DNA of 64,000 nt from Octopus vulgaris. Its lineage: Eukaryota. Position numbers and translations under genes: made by a program. Shown one piece after another: positions 48,729-60,417 of this stretch. The first letter of the stretch is position 1; each line of letters starts with the position of its first letter. The notes beneath the pieces were generated by a model. It was not told where the DNA came from. It ran no database searches and saw only the letters and a program-made list of their open reading frames with translations. The stretch is from positions 24,428,001 to 24,492,000 of the forward strand of contig OX597841.1 of assembly GCA_951406725.2 (NCBI GenBank), read 5' to 3'.

Positions 48729-48767
48729 ACATACACACACACACATCTGCATATATTTATGAATACA

Positions 48768-49137
48768 CTAGCAGTATCGCCCGGCGTTGCTCGGTTTGTA
48801 AGGGAAATAACTATAAAGCATTTTTAGAGAGTTATAGCCAAAAAATAGCAAAAAAATGGAAAAAAATTATGGTAAATTTTTTTTTGAGATTTAAAAAAGG
48901 TGGAGTTGCGTCCCCTAGACCATCTGTGGTTTGTGTTTCTGATTGTCGACCCCATGTCGAATTTATCGATCTTTTTCAGAACTGGGGGAACTTTTCAAAA
49001 TTTTCGCTGCGTTAGTTTTGAATTATGACATTGGGCTATGTGTGTGTCAAGTTTCATCAGAATCGGTTGAAAGCCGTGGTCAGGGTGAGGGTACAACCAA
49101 AGACACACAGACAAACTGCCGTTTATATAGAGAGAGA
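48768..49137 (-). mobile_element. Non-autonomous Helitron, copy 1
   Basis: Reverse complement begins A|TC and ends CCGAGCAACGCCGGG (hairpin) CGATACTGCTAG|T; no TSD. Confidence 0.85.
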
Positions 49138-49269
49138 TACAAGGATGTTGTAGACAGTGACTTCGAAGTTGCCGACAATGATTTAACTGACAAAAACTTC
49201 GAAGTTACTATCAGTAACATTCTTGTATAAGAATACTAAATAAATACATACACACACCTTTATATAATA

Positions 49270-49648
49270 CTAGCAGTATCGCCCGGCGTTGCTCAGGTTT
49301 GTAAGGGGAATAGCTATAAAGCATTTTTAGAGAGTTATAGCCAAAAAATAGCAAAAAAATGATGGTAAATTTTTTTTTGAGAGTTAAAAAAGGTCGAGTT
49401 GCGTCCCCTAGACAGTCTGTGGTTTGTGTTTCTGATTCTCGACCCCATGTCGAATTTATCGATTTTTTTTTCAGAACTGAGGGAACTTTTCAAAATTTTC
49501 GCTGCATTAGTTTTGAATTATGACATTGGGCTATGTGTGTGTCAAGTTTCATCAGAATCGGTTGAAAGCCGTGGTCAGGGTGAGGGTACAACCTAACAGA
49601 CACACAGAAACACGCACAGACAAACTGCCATTTATATATAGAGAGAGA
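49270..49648 (-). mobile_element. Non-autonomous Helitron, copy 2
   Basis: Same termini, high identity to copy 1, different flanks. Confidence 0.85.
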
Positions 49649-49987
49649 TAGAAAATATCCACCCGCAGTTAATACACAAAGACGTACATACATTGATACA
49701 TGTGTTACAAGTATTTTATCATTTTGTTCAAAGAGAAACATTGCCAATAAAATTTTATTAAATCTCCAAAGATGTTTCATTGAAATTTATTACAGTGTGC
49801 AAAATAAAAAGAGAGATATAAGAGTTTTTTTTATAATCGTACAGTCCATTGTTGTTAGATTAAGATTTAAGCTTCTGTACAACAAAAATAAAATTCAGTT
49901 AGTATTGAAATATTGCACAATTGTGGTTAAGAATACTTAAATGCTGACTATTTATCATTTCACTGATCATATATGACTTTATGTGAT

Positions 49988-50024
<37 letters not shown>

Positions 50025-50109
50025 GCATGTGTGTGTACGTATACACACAAACATTTACACACACACACTCACACACACAAACACACCGTGATTACCCGTT
50101 TAATGACAC

Positions 50110-50181
<72 letters not shown>

Positions 50182-50510
50182 ATTGAGTAGTTGAATGAAT
50201 TATCTTATTATGGATAATTCGGTTAACCGATACCTGGGTAGCAAATTCACATCAGAGAAGACACGGTTGAAGCTACATGCCTAGGGCAGAGATCACGTGC
50301 TTTCGTGTGGAAATTTGTGTGTTTTTTTTAATACAAATAAATGAAAGAATGGAGTTGAACGACGAATTAACAAAATTCCTTTATGTTGAAAATAAAATAA
50401 AGGAATTTTGTTAATTCGTCGTTCAACTCCATTCTTTCATTTATATATATATATGCACAGACACACACACATACACATATCTATGTATGCACACACACAC
50501 ACAAATATAT

Positions 50511-50722
50511 GCAGAAACGTTAGCGCGCCGGGCGAAATGCTTAGCGATATTTCGTCTGTCGTTACGTTCTGAGTTCAAATTCCGCCAAGGTCGACTTTGC
50601 TTTTCATCCTCTCGGGTCGATAAATAAAGTACCAGTTTCGCACTGGGTCGATGTAATCGACTTAATCCCTTTGTCTGTCCCTGTTTGTCCCCTCTATGTT
50701 TTGCCCCTTGTGGGTAGTAAAG

Positions 50723-50725
<3 letters not shown>
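50511..50725 (+). mobile_element. SINE family B, near full length
   Basis: Matches 47944-48172. Confidence 0.9.
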
Positions 50726-50778
<53 letters not shown>

Positions 50779-50958
50779 AGTGTAGATTGTATACGAGTGG
50801 ATATCTATTTGTAAAAAAGAAATTTGAAAATGCCACTATATAAGATAAATTTTAATTTTCTTAGAAATTTTACATGCTTCGGTTCTTCTTCAAAAAACGA
50901 ACCTTATCAAAAATATTTTCAAAAGTTAAGTGTAATAAAAATGTACATAATACATATA

Positions 50959-51014
<56 letters not shown>

Positions 51015-51115
51015 ATCCAAACAAGAAAACACAGAAAAAAAGAGAAAAAAACACAGCAACGCAGGACGTGGAACAATTAAAGTATTATTGACGCTCGGGA
51101 AAGAAGGGAAGGTGG

Positions 51116-51150
51116 GTTTAACGTTTCGAGCGAAGCTCTTCGTCGGAAAC
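51116..51150 (-). ncRNA. Candidate minimal type-I hammerhead ribozyme in a Penelope-like fragment (~51011-51200)
   Basis: Reverse complement: GUUU CCGACGA A GAGC uuc GCUC GAAA CG UU AAAC; stems I and II pair perfectly, stem III is palindromic. Confidence 0.6.
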
Positions 51151-52346
51151 AAGTAGAAGGAAAGATCCCAAGGAGGGAAGACAGAGGAGACAATATTTGA
51201 GCTGGTGGTGCTTAAGAGATCACATGTTTAAAGAACAGAATTTGAAGGTAGTTGAAAAATGGTTTTATAATGCAAGAGAGTTCCAAAAAAAGGGGAATGC
51301 CTGTGTGTGTGTGTGTGTGCAAGATGACAAATGTGTTTGTGCGTGTGTGTGTGTGTGTGTGTGTATTTTTGGTGAATAAAGGTAATGACAAAGCCAGCTG
51401 TGGTGATGACTGCTAGCTGTTTGTGTCAAGCTAGGTCAAAGCCAGGTCAAAAAACAAAGGGCTATATGTATCATAGTGTGTGTGTTGTTTGTAGTGTGTG
51501 TGTGTGTGTGCATGTGTGTGTTCGTGTGTGTATGCGTAGAGTGTGGGTGTGTGGCGTAACCTAGTACGTGTGTGCTTGTACGTGCGTGTGTGTATGTAGG
51601 GATGTATATGTGGGTTCATTTGTGTGAGAGTGTATGTATGTATGTGTATGTGTGTGCGTGTATGTGTGCGTTTGTATGTGTTTGTGTGTATGTGTGCGTG
51701 CGCGGATAGGTGTATATTGTGTATGTATATCTGTCGGTGTGTATGTGAGTTTGTGTGTGTTTGTACGCGTGTATGTGTGTGTGAGTGTATAGTATATATA
51801 TATGTAAATGTGTGTGTGTGCGTGTGTGTGTACGTGTGTGCGAGTGAATGTATATATATATGTGTGCGTGTGTGTACAATGTAGGGGCTTATATGTGTGT
51901 GTGTATGTATGTGTGTATGTGTGTGTATATATATATATAGAGAGATATATATATATATACATAATTATGAATAAGAGCAAAAGAAAATTTTCTTTGCCAA
52001 TATGCTAAAAAATAGACACTAAATCATGTAACCACATAAATGATTTAGCATCTACTTTTCACCATATTGGCAATGATCATTTTTTTTTCTCTTACTCATA
52101 TTTATAAATGTGTGTATAATTTTACCTTAAAAGGTATTTTTCATATGCTGGCCATTGATAAAATTCTTTAAAAAAATTTATTCTTTTATTAGAAGTATAT
52201 ATACATATATGTGTGTGTGTGCATATATATATTTATATATATATATATATATAGCAAAAATTTGGATTCAAATGAATATGGTACTTAATTAAGATGCACC
52301 AGAATTCTGTATGGTGTTATCCATATAAATCCGTGGGGTGATTATA

Positions 52347-52758
52347 ATCAAAATAAGCAACAAGAATGACTCCGGTAATTTGGTACGATCGTTTCGTACT
52401 ACGTCATTTCATTAAATGTTGTAAGTATTACAACAGTTTTTCATATCAAGTGGCAACATTATAGAGAAGATAGATATATAGACAAAGATGTGGATTTAAA
52501 TTTTAAGAACATTTGAGGTAGTGGAGGCTCCACTACCTCATATGTTCTTAAAATTTAAATCCACATCTTTGTCTGTATATCTACCTTCTCTATAATGTTG
52601 CCACTTGATATGAAAATTGTTGTATTAATGGAAAACCTCTATAATTGGATGATGAGTGCTCAGCATTTTAAAACTGCTGTAATACTTACAACATTTAGTA
52701 AAATGATGTAGTACGAAACGATCGTACCAATTTACCGGAGTCATTCTTGTTGCTTATT

Positions 52759-52762
<4 letters not shown>
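52347..52762. repeat. ~400-bp fold-back in (TA)n with GAAACGATCGTA in both arms
   Basis: 52347-52530 is the reverse complement of 52531-52762, apart from an insert at ~52620-52670. Confidence 0.88.
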
Positions 52763-52832
<70 letters not shown>

Positions 52833-53211
52833 GTTTATATATTTGTTTTGCATGATTTTTGATGTGAAATCGTGTGTTGAAACAGATATTGTTGTATCTA
52901 GGAATGGTCATTTTGCCAGTTTAGCACATAGAGATGTGCGCAAATGAAGACACATACAATAGAAATACAAAATACAAAATGGCTGACGGTTAGTAAGGAG
53001 AGACACAAATAAGAAAGAAGAAAGCAAAGGACCACTGATGTGGTCACTGGAGTGTAATGAAAGAACTCTGGGCGAAATAAGATTAAGATTAATGTAAAAA
53101 ATAAATAACACTGAAGCAAATTAACACCAAATATATAGTGCGTGTGTTTTTAGAGGCTGAACTGGCAAAATGATAATTCCTAAATACAAACAATATATAT
53201 ATATATATATA

Positions 53212-53348
53212 AGGTTGTCACAAAAGTTCGTAGAAAGTCTTGGAAAATAATGGTCTTTATTTTGAGGAATAATTTTTGTTGTTTTTGTTAGTACTTGGTG
53301 AGTAAAAATTCAATTTTCGCAAGTGTTTACGAACTTTTGGGACGGCCT
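53212..53348. mobile_element. Tc1/mariner-type MITE
   Basis: TA|AGGTTGTCACAAAAGTTCGTA ... TACGAACTTTTGGGACGGCCT|AA. Confidence 0.65.
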
Positions 53349-53350
53349 AA

Positions 53351-53762
53351 TATTTATATTATATAGAGGGCATTATTACACATAAATGCCACATGCTAGG
53401 AGGGACTTTCAAAGTCATTACTACCAAAAATAAACGAATCGTACTGAATGCAGCTCTCGAAGCAAGACATTTAAAAACGGAATTTAGTTCCAGATCACCT
53501 GTGATTTCGCAATTAACATATTATCTACGTCTTTTGTTCATCAGTGAAACTGATTCAAAACATATTAAGAATAAACAAAACCAACATACCCGGCAGAACC
53601 AAACAGACAACCGTCGCATCCATCGTAGCACATGGAAATGTTCATTCGTAATATATTTATGTAAATGGAGGGCTTTTTCGAACTGTATTTTGGTAAGAAA
53701 CGTAATGACTTTAAAAGTCCCTCCTAGCGTGTGGCATTTATGCCCTCTATATAATATAAATA
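53351..53762. mobile_element. MITE with ~65-bp TIRs
   Basis: TATTTATATTATATAGAGGGCAT..GCTAGGAGGGACTTT.AAAGTCATTAC mirrored at 53702-53762. Confidence 0.8.
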
Positions 53763-53865
53763 AATATTTTCAACTGAAAAAATTTTCAGATTTTTTCTCT
53801 TATGAGGTTTTTCATGCTAACTACCTGATAATTTCTTGCTAAGATTTTTTATTAAGATTTTATCC

Positions 53866-53902
<37 letters not shown>

Positions 53903-54137
53903 TTTTTAATTGCATCTCTATAGATTTTCTATAAAGTTTAGAGCCAACACTGAAAGTTGCAAATTCGCATGACAAATTCTTAGACCTGCTATCTTATACA
54001 TATACCATTCTGCCTAAATAATGGATCTACAAATGCAATATCCCTGCATATCTCACATCTATTTTCATTCCTCCACTTCACTCTCTATTTCGTATCTTAT
54101 CTAAATTAACTATTGCTTAACCATTTTCTCACACCAT

Positions 54138-54183
54138 GCCCGATGAAGGGATATAGTAAATGTCCTGGAAACAGCTGTAAGAC
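54138..54183 (+). ncRNA. Candidate minimal hammerhead ribozyme (slightly decayed)
   Basis: CCGAUGA A GGGAUAU aguaa AUGUCCU G GAAA CAGCUG UA; palindromic stem III and GUA triplet; stem I is weak. Confidence 0.5.
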
Positions 54184-54237
54184 CTATTTATAAATGTTCC
54201 AAAATCTTCACAACCTTGGTTTTTTTATCTCATTCTG

Positions 54238-54274
<37 letters not shown>

Positions 54275-54280
54275 GATATA

Positions 54281-55899
54281 TCAAGACAGGATACCCCTGG
54301 GAGCTCCTCTATGCTGATGACCTTGCTCTGATTGCTGAGTCACTATCAGAACTAGGGAGAAGTTTCAAGTGTGGAAACAAGGATTAGAATCGAAGGGCCT
54401 TTGAATCAATCTAGCTAAAACCAAAGTCCTAATAAGTAGGAGGGCAGGCAAACCACAAATCCCTTCACATAGATGGCCCTACTGGATCTGTAATAGAGGC
54501 ATAGGTAAAAACTCTATAAGATGTACCCAACGTAAGCTATGGACACATAAGAGGTGCAGTAATATCAAAGGAAGGCTAACTGGGAAGATAGTTTTTGTAT
54601 GTGGCAGATGATTGGGAGCAATAAATACTGAAAATGCTCAGAGAACAACTTCCGCCATATTCTAGGGAGAAAAACTAGAAGCAGTTGATAGCTTCTGTTA
54701 CCTAGGTGACCAAGACAGTAGCAGGGGAGGGTGTGCTGAAAGAGTAGCTGCTAGAATAAGAATAGCCTGGGTAAAGTTCAAAGAACTCTTACCACTGCTG
54801 GTGACAAAGGATCTCTCGCTCAGAGTAAAAGGTAGGCTGTATGACGCATGTGTATGAACAGCCATGCTACATGGTAGTGAAACATGGGCTGTGACTGCTG
54901 AGGACATGTGTAAGCTCGCAAGAAATGAAAGCCAGTATGATCTGATGGATATGTAATGTCAGTGTGCATACTCGACAGAGTGTAAGTACCTTGAGAGAAA
55001 AGTTGGACCTAAGAAGCATCAGTTGTGGTGTGCAAGTGAGACGACTGTTCTGGTATGGTCATGTGGCGAGAATGGATGAGGATAGCTGTGTGAAAAAGTG
55101 CCACACCCAAGTGGTTGAGGGAACCTGTGGAAGGGGTAGACCCAGGAAGACCTGGGATGAAGTGGTGAAGCACAACCTTCGAACTTTAGGCGTCACCAAG
55201 GAAGTGACTAGTGACTGAGACTTTTGGAAATATGCTGTGCTTGAGGAGACCCAGCAAGCCAAATGAGACCATAACCTCGTGGCCAGCCCACTTATGTGCA
55301 CCTTTAAACTCTGCTTGCGAAGACCTGTTCAGGCAAGTGAAATTGAAATCAAATTCAATGATTGGCATCTGTACTAGTGGGGTGCAAAGAGTACCATACA
55401 AGTGTAATTGCTGACAGAGCAGCTAACTGGCTTCCTATGCCAGTGGCACATAAAAGGCACCATTCTAGTGTGATCTTTACCAGCATTGCCTTACTGGTAC
55501 TTGTGCCCATGCTAGTAGGGTGCCAAGAGCACCATCTGAGCATGATCGTTGCCAGAGCGGCTAACTGGCTTCCGTGCCGGTGGCACATAAAAGGCACCAT
55601 TTGAGCGTGATCGTTACCAGCATTGCCTTACTGGCACTTGTGCTGGTGGCATGTGTAAAAACATTTGAGTGGGGTCGTTGCCAGTACCGTCTAACTGGCC
55701 CTCATGCCGGTGGCACGTAAAAGCACCTACTACACTCTTAGAGTGGTTGGCATTAGGAAGGGCATCCAGCTGTAGAAACTCTGCCAGATCAAGATTGGAG
55801 CCTGGTGCAGCCAACTGGTTCGCCAGTCCTCAGTCAAATCGTCCAACCCATGCTAGCATGGAAAGCAGATGTTAAACGATGATGAGGATGATGATGATG
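54281..55899 (+). mobile_element. 5'-truncated RTE-clade LINE (RT C-terminal half, 3'UTR, (GAT)n tail)
   Basis: PWELLYADDLAL..INLAKTKVL..VDSFCYLGD..ARIRIAWVKFKEL..VKGRLY..MLHGSETW..RRLFWYGHVARM..GRGRPRKTW; several stops. Confidence 0.93.
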
Positions 55900-56911
55900 A
55901 TATATATATGTATATATAGTTCAAGTGTACATAAAACAAGTGTACAGGTGAGGGAACAACAAGCAGGTGTATTAGTTTGATGCTTAGAAAAAATGTAAAA
56001 GTACACACACACACACATATACACAAACATACAGATGTGTGCAGACACACACATGCATACTTAAACCCTAATATCATTAAAAAATGCAATTCCCTCTGTT
56101 TGCGTCCCTTTAGATGACATATAAGCAGAAGTTGAACATTCTCATCATAGAGTAACAGTTTCTCACCATTTCTTCCCGTCTTTATGCAGAATAGAAGGAA
56201 CGGAGCTGTTTACTTTATGAAATAGAGTTAAACTTATCAGGTAATCAGGTCTAGGAATTTGTCATGCGAATTTGCATGATAATCAATCATTCAGAAAATC
56301 AACTGCTTGGATTCTGGTGAAATCAGACATTAAAGTAAATGCCGTCCATTTCAGATACTCTCAGTCATAAATAAGAAAGGGAAAAGCATTTATGCATAAA
56401 TAAAAAATATCATTTCTTATTCGCATGAATAAGAAAGAGAAAAAACACAAAAAAATATGTTATTTTTTAGCTCTAACACGGAAGATAATTATTTTGATAA
56501 AATATATTCTTGGCTGGCGGTTGTGTAGCGAGTTAGAAATTGTTAAATTTTGAAGCAGCGACAGCAAAATTAATTGCAAGGATGGGAAGGTAAGTTTTTA
56601 AAAAAATAATTTCTAACCTTAAAAAAAATCTCTGGCATATTGATTTAATTCTTATTTTTAGCGAACAATTCCTATACAAACAAACAATAAAAACAGAACT
56701 AAAATGTCACGAAAACAATTAAGGGGTTTGGAGCAATCCCATTGTTATTGTCTCTGTAGTGTTATTGCATACACCCCCATTCAGCCCCCTTTACAGAATC
56801 TTATTTGCATTTCTTTCTAGTTTTTCTCTTTCTTTCTTTCTCTTGCACTTTACTCTTTTTATATATCTTTCTCTTTAAATTTATTGCAATCTAGCCTGCT
56901 TATTCTCTTAA

Positions 56912-56967
<56 letters not shown>

Positions 56968-57007
56968 CATTATTATTATTATTATTATCATTATTATTAT
57001 TATTATT

Positions 57008-57298
57008 CTATGTTTGACTTTTGCTTTATATTTGTACAAGTTGGCTCCAAGTCTCACCCAGAGACCTCAAGAGACAACAGGTTGGAAGTTCACGATAGCA
57101 ATCAGTCCGTTTTGCTATCATTCCCAGGGCACCTATGACAACAGGTATTGTTTTAGTCTTCAGGTTCCACATTTTGCTGATTTCTATTTCAAGATCTTTA
57201 TATTTGCTCAGTTTTTGGTAGGTCTTGACAGATACGTTTATACCGATTGGGACAGTCATATCAATGAGGAGGCATGTTCTTTGTCTGAAGTCTTTTTA
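57008..57298 (-). mobile_element. R4/Dong-clade LINE 3' end with internal deletion, within (TAA)n
   Basis: KLSKYKDLEIEISKMWNLKTKTIPVVIGALG joined to the same 3'UTR as 16565-16640. Confidence 0.85.
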
Positions 57299-57344
<46 letters not shown>

Positions 57345-57360
57345 CATTATTATTATAATA

Positions 57361-57395
<35 letters not shown>

Positions 57396-57894
57396 CGGTG
57401 CCCCAGCATGGCCACAGCTCATTAGCTGAAACTGGAAAAATCAAAAATCAAATCAAAATATACATATATATATAAACATACAAATATATATATACACACA
57501 TATATATATATCTGTATGCATATACACATATAAATATACGCCTGCATACACACATACACATATTCACACTAATATACATACATACATACACCTACAAAAA
57601 TTATCTCTCATCCATGCTGTCACATGACTTAATGCATGAACATGCAATTGTTATCCATGTTGTCACATGACAGGGTCACTTGATTAACACAACCTGAACT
57701 TTTGACACAACTATCATTCAAACAGTCACATGGCTACATGAACTCATGAGCCCATATAGTCATGTGCCGCGTAAAAGGGCACCTGTGTCAGTGCCACATA
57801 TAAAGTTCCTGTGCTGGTGCCACAGGAAAAGCACCCAGCACACTCGGTAAAGTGGTTGGTGTTAGGAATGGCAGACAATTGGAGCCTGATGGCC

Positions 57895-58797
57895 CCAAGG
57901 CCCATCTCCTCCTCACCGTGGTGGGGACGCTGGCAACGGGTAGTGTCAGAGCTATGCTGTCGGGAACTTCGGTTCCCGGTAGGGCCACCCAAGGCGGATT
58001 GGTCTGACACCGAGTGGTATTAGGGCCACAACCCGGCAGACAGGGCTCTGGTGAAAATCCTCGGAGTGTCTTTTTCGGCACCGGCGTGGTGGGGATGTTG
58101 GCAACGGGTAGTGTCAGAGCTATGCCGTCAGGAACTTCGGTTCCTGGTAGGGCCACCCAAGGCGGATTGGTCTGACACCGAGTGGTATTAGGGCCACAAC
58201 CCGGTAGACGGGGCTCTGGTGAAAATCCTTGGAGTGTCTTTTTCGGCACCGGCGTGGTGGAGATGTTGGCAACGGGTAGTGTCAGAGCTATGCCGTCGGG
58301 AACTTCGGTTCCCTGGTAGGGCCACCCAAGGCGGATTGGTCTGACACCGAGTGGTATTAGGGCCACAACCCGGCAGACGGGGCTCTGGTGAAAATCCTCG
58401 GAGTGTCTTTTTCGGCACCGGCGTGGTGGGGATGTTGGCAACGGGTAGTGTCAGAGCTATGCCGTCGGGAACTTCGGTTCCTGGTAGGGCCACCCAAGGC
58501 GGATTGGTCTGACACCGAGTGGTATTAGGGCCACAACCCGGCAGACGGGGCTCTGGTGAAAATCCTCGGAGTGTCTTTTTCGGCAACCAGCGGCTCCTCG
58601 GTCGTTCTGTCCCTGCGTCTGTGGACAATCTGTGGCAAACAGGATGTCTCTACATGCGGGATTGTTGGGAACCGCTTGTGAAATTCATATTCCCATGAAA
58701 CTTCTTCCACCGCCATGGTTCGAGATGCCTCGAGGGTGGTGGAAGAAGCCGACTCAACCCGCCCAAGGTGAGGGTCACCTCAAGTACAAGTAAGTAA
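57895..58797 (+). mobile_element. Non-autonomous RTE-derived element with four ~168-bp tandem units and a 7-bp TSD
   Basis: GATGGCC at 57888-57894 and 58798-58804; CGTGGTGG..GAGCTATGCCG..AGGGCCACCCAAG resembles RTE/BovB 5' ends; CAAGTACAAGTAAGTAA tail. Confidence 0.75.
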
Positions 58798-58886
58798 GAT
58801 GGCCAGCTACTATTAGACCATCCAAGCCATGCCAGCATGGAGAACAGACATTAAATGATGACGACGATGATGATGATATATAACAC

Positions 58887-59407
58887 ACGCCCCGTTTGGC
58901 CTCCGTGCCGGTGGCACGTAAAAGCACCATCCGTTCGTGTTCGCTGCCAGCCTCGCCTGGCCCCCGTTCCAGTGGCACGTAAAAGCACCATCCGCTCATG
59001 TCCGTTGCCAGCCTCGCCTGGCTCCTGTGCCGGTGGCATGTAAAAGCACCATCCACTCGTGTCCGTTGCCAGCCTCGCCTGGCCCCCGTTCCGGTGGCAC
59101 GTAAAAGCACCATCCGTTCGTGTCTGTTGCCAGCCTCGCCTGGCCCCCGTGCCGGTGGCACGTAAAAGCACCATCCGTTCATGGCCGTTTGCCAGCTCTG
59201 TCTGGCACCTGTGCAGGTGGCACGTAAAAAGCACCCACTACACTCGCTGAGTGGTTGGCGTTAGGAAGGGCATCCAGCCGTAGAAACACTGCCAGATCAG
59301 ACTGGGCCTGATGCAGCCTTCCGGCTTCACAGACCCCAGTTGAACCGTCCAACCCATGCTAGCATGGAAACGGACGCTAAATGATGATGATGATGATGAT
59401 GATGATG
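58887..59407 (+). mobile_element. RTE 3'UTR-derived element with an expanded ~60-bp internal tandem repeat
   Basis: GTGGCACGTAAAAGCACC about six times, then TTAGGAAGGGCATCC and (GAT)n. Confidence 0.88.
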
Positions 59408-60006
59408 GTATCACTGAAAAGTCAGAGGCTGAATGGTCTTCTTAGAAAAGATACACTTCAAAGAAAGATGAAATGAAATTGCTCTGGAAGCAATCCCAAG
59501 AATAACAGATGTGCATTTTGCTTCTTTTGTACCAAGTCAGTGACTCAGGTCAACTCTGGCATGAAGTCACCTCAGCCTGTCTGCAGTCTATGGAAACTAT
59601 AAATAAATTATCCAGTGGACTTGCAAAGATGCTGGTAGGTGGAATAAATTCCAATTATATTTTGACAAGCTGCAAGATCGGTGATAAGTGCATTTATCAC
59701 TCACATGATCACTTCTGGGGCAATTTTGTTACATCTAGCTTTGAAGTATATGGTGATTTTTTTAAACACACTACATCCATAAAGGGAACTTTTCCAAGAT
59801 GGCTATTGCATCCTCTGACTTCTCAATGTTATATTTATGTTAAGTATGTCATAAAGATAGACATTTTAATCTAGCGCTGCTTCTATTACATAATTCAAAT
59901 CTATCTATGTCTTTATTTATCCATCTGTATATACACACACCCACACACAATATATGTATTATACACACACGAAATATATGTATTTTATATATATATATAT
60001 ATATAA

Positions 60007-60210
60007 TCTTTACTCTTTTACTTGTTTCAGTTATCTGACTGCGGCCATGCTGGAGCACCGCCTTTAATCGAGCAACTCGACCCCGAGACTTATTCTTTTG
60101 TAAGCCCAGTACTTATTCTATCAGTCTCTTTTGCCGAACCGCTAAGTAACGGGGACATAAACACACCAGCATCGGTTGTCAAGCAATGCTAGGGTGACAA
60201 ACACACACAC

Positions 60211-60259
<49 letters not shown>

Positions 60260-60417
60260 TACGACGGGCTTCTTTCAGTTTCCGTCTACCAAATCCACTC
60301 ACAAGGCTTTGGTCGGCCCGAGGCTATAGTAGAAGACACTTTCCCAAGGTGCCCCGCAGTGGGACTGAACCCGGAATCATGTGGTTGGTAAACAAGCTAC
60401 TTACCACACAGCCACTC
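60007..60417 (-). mobile_element. SINE family A
   Basis: Consensus match. Confidence 0.92.

Noticed and set aside
57788-58628. ORFs with a 56-aa repeat
   Set aside because: Product of the 168-bp tandem unit; a 1-bp indel shifts the frame and no domain is recognisable
58905-59235. Regularly spaced direct repeats resembling a CRISPR array
   Set aside because: Spacers are similar to each other, there are no cas genes, and the context is a eukaryotic LINE UTR
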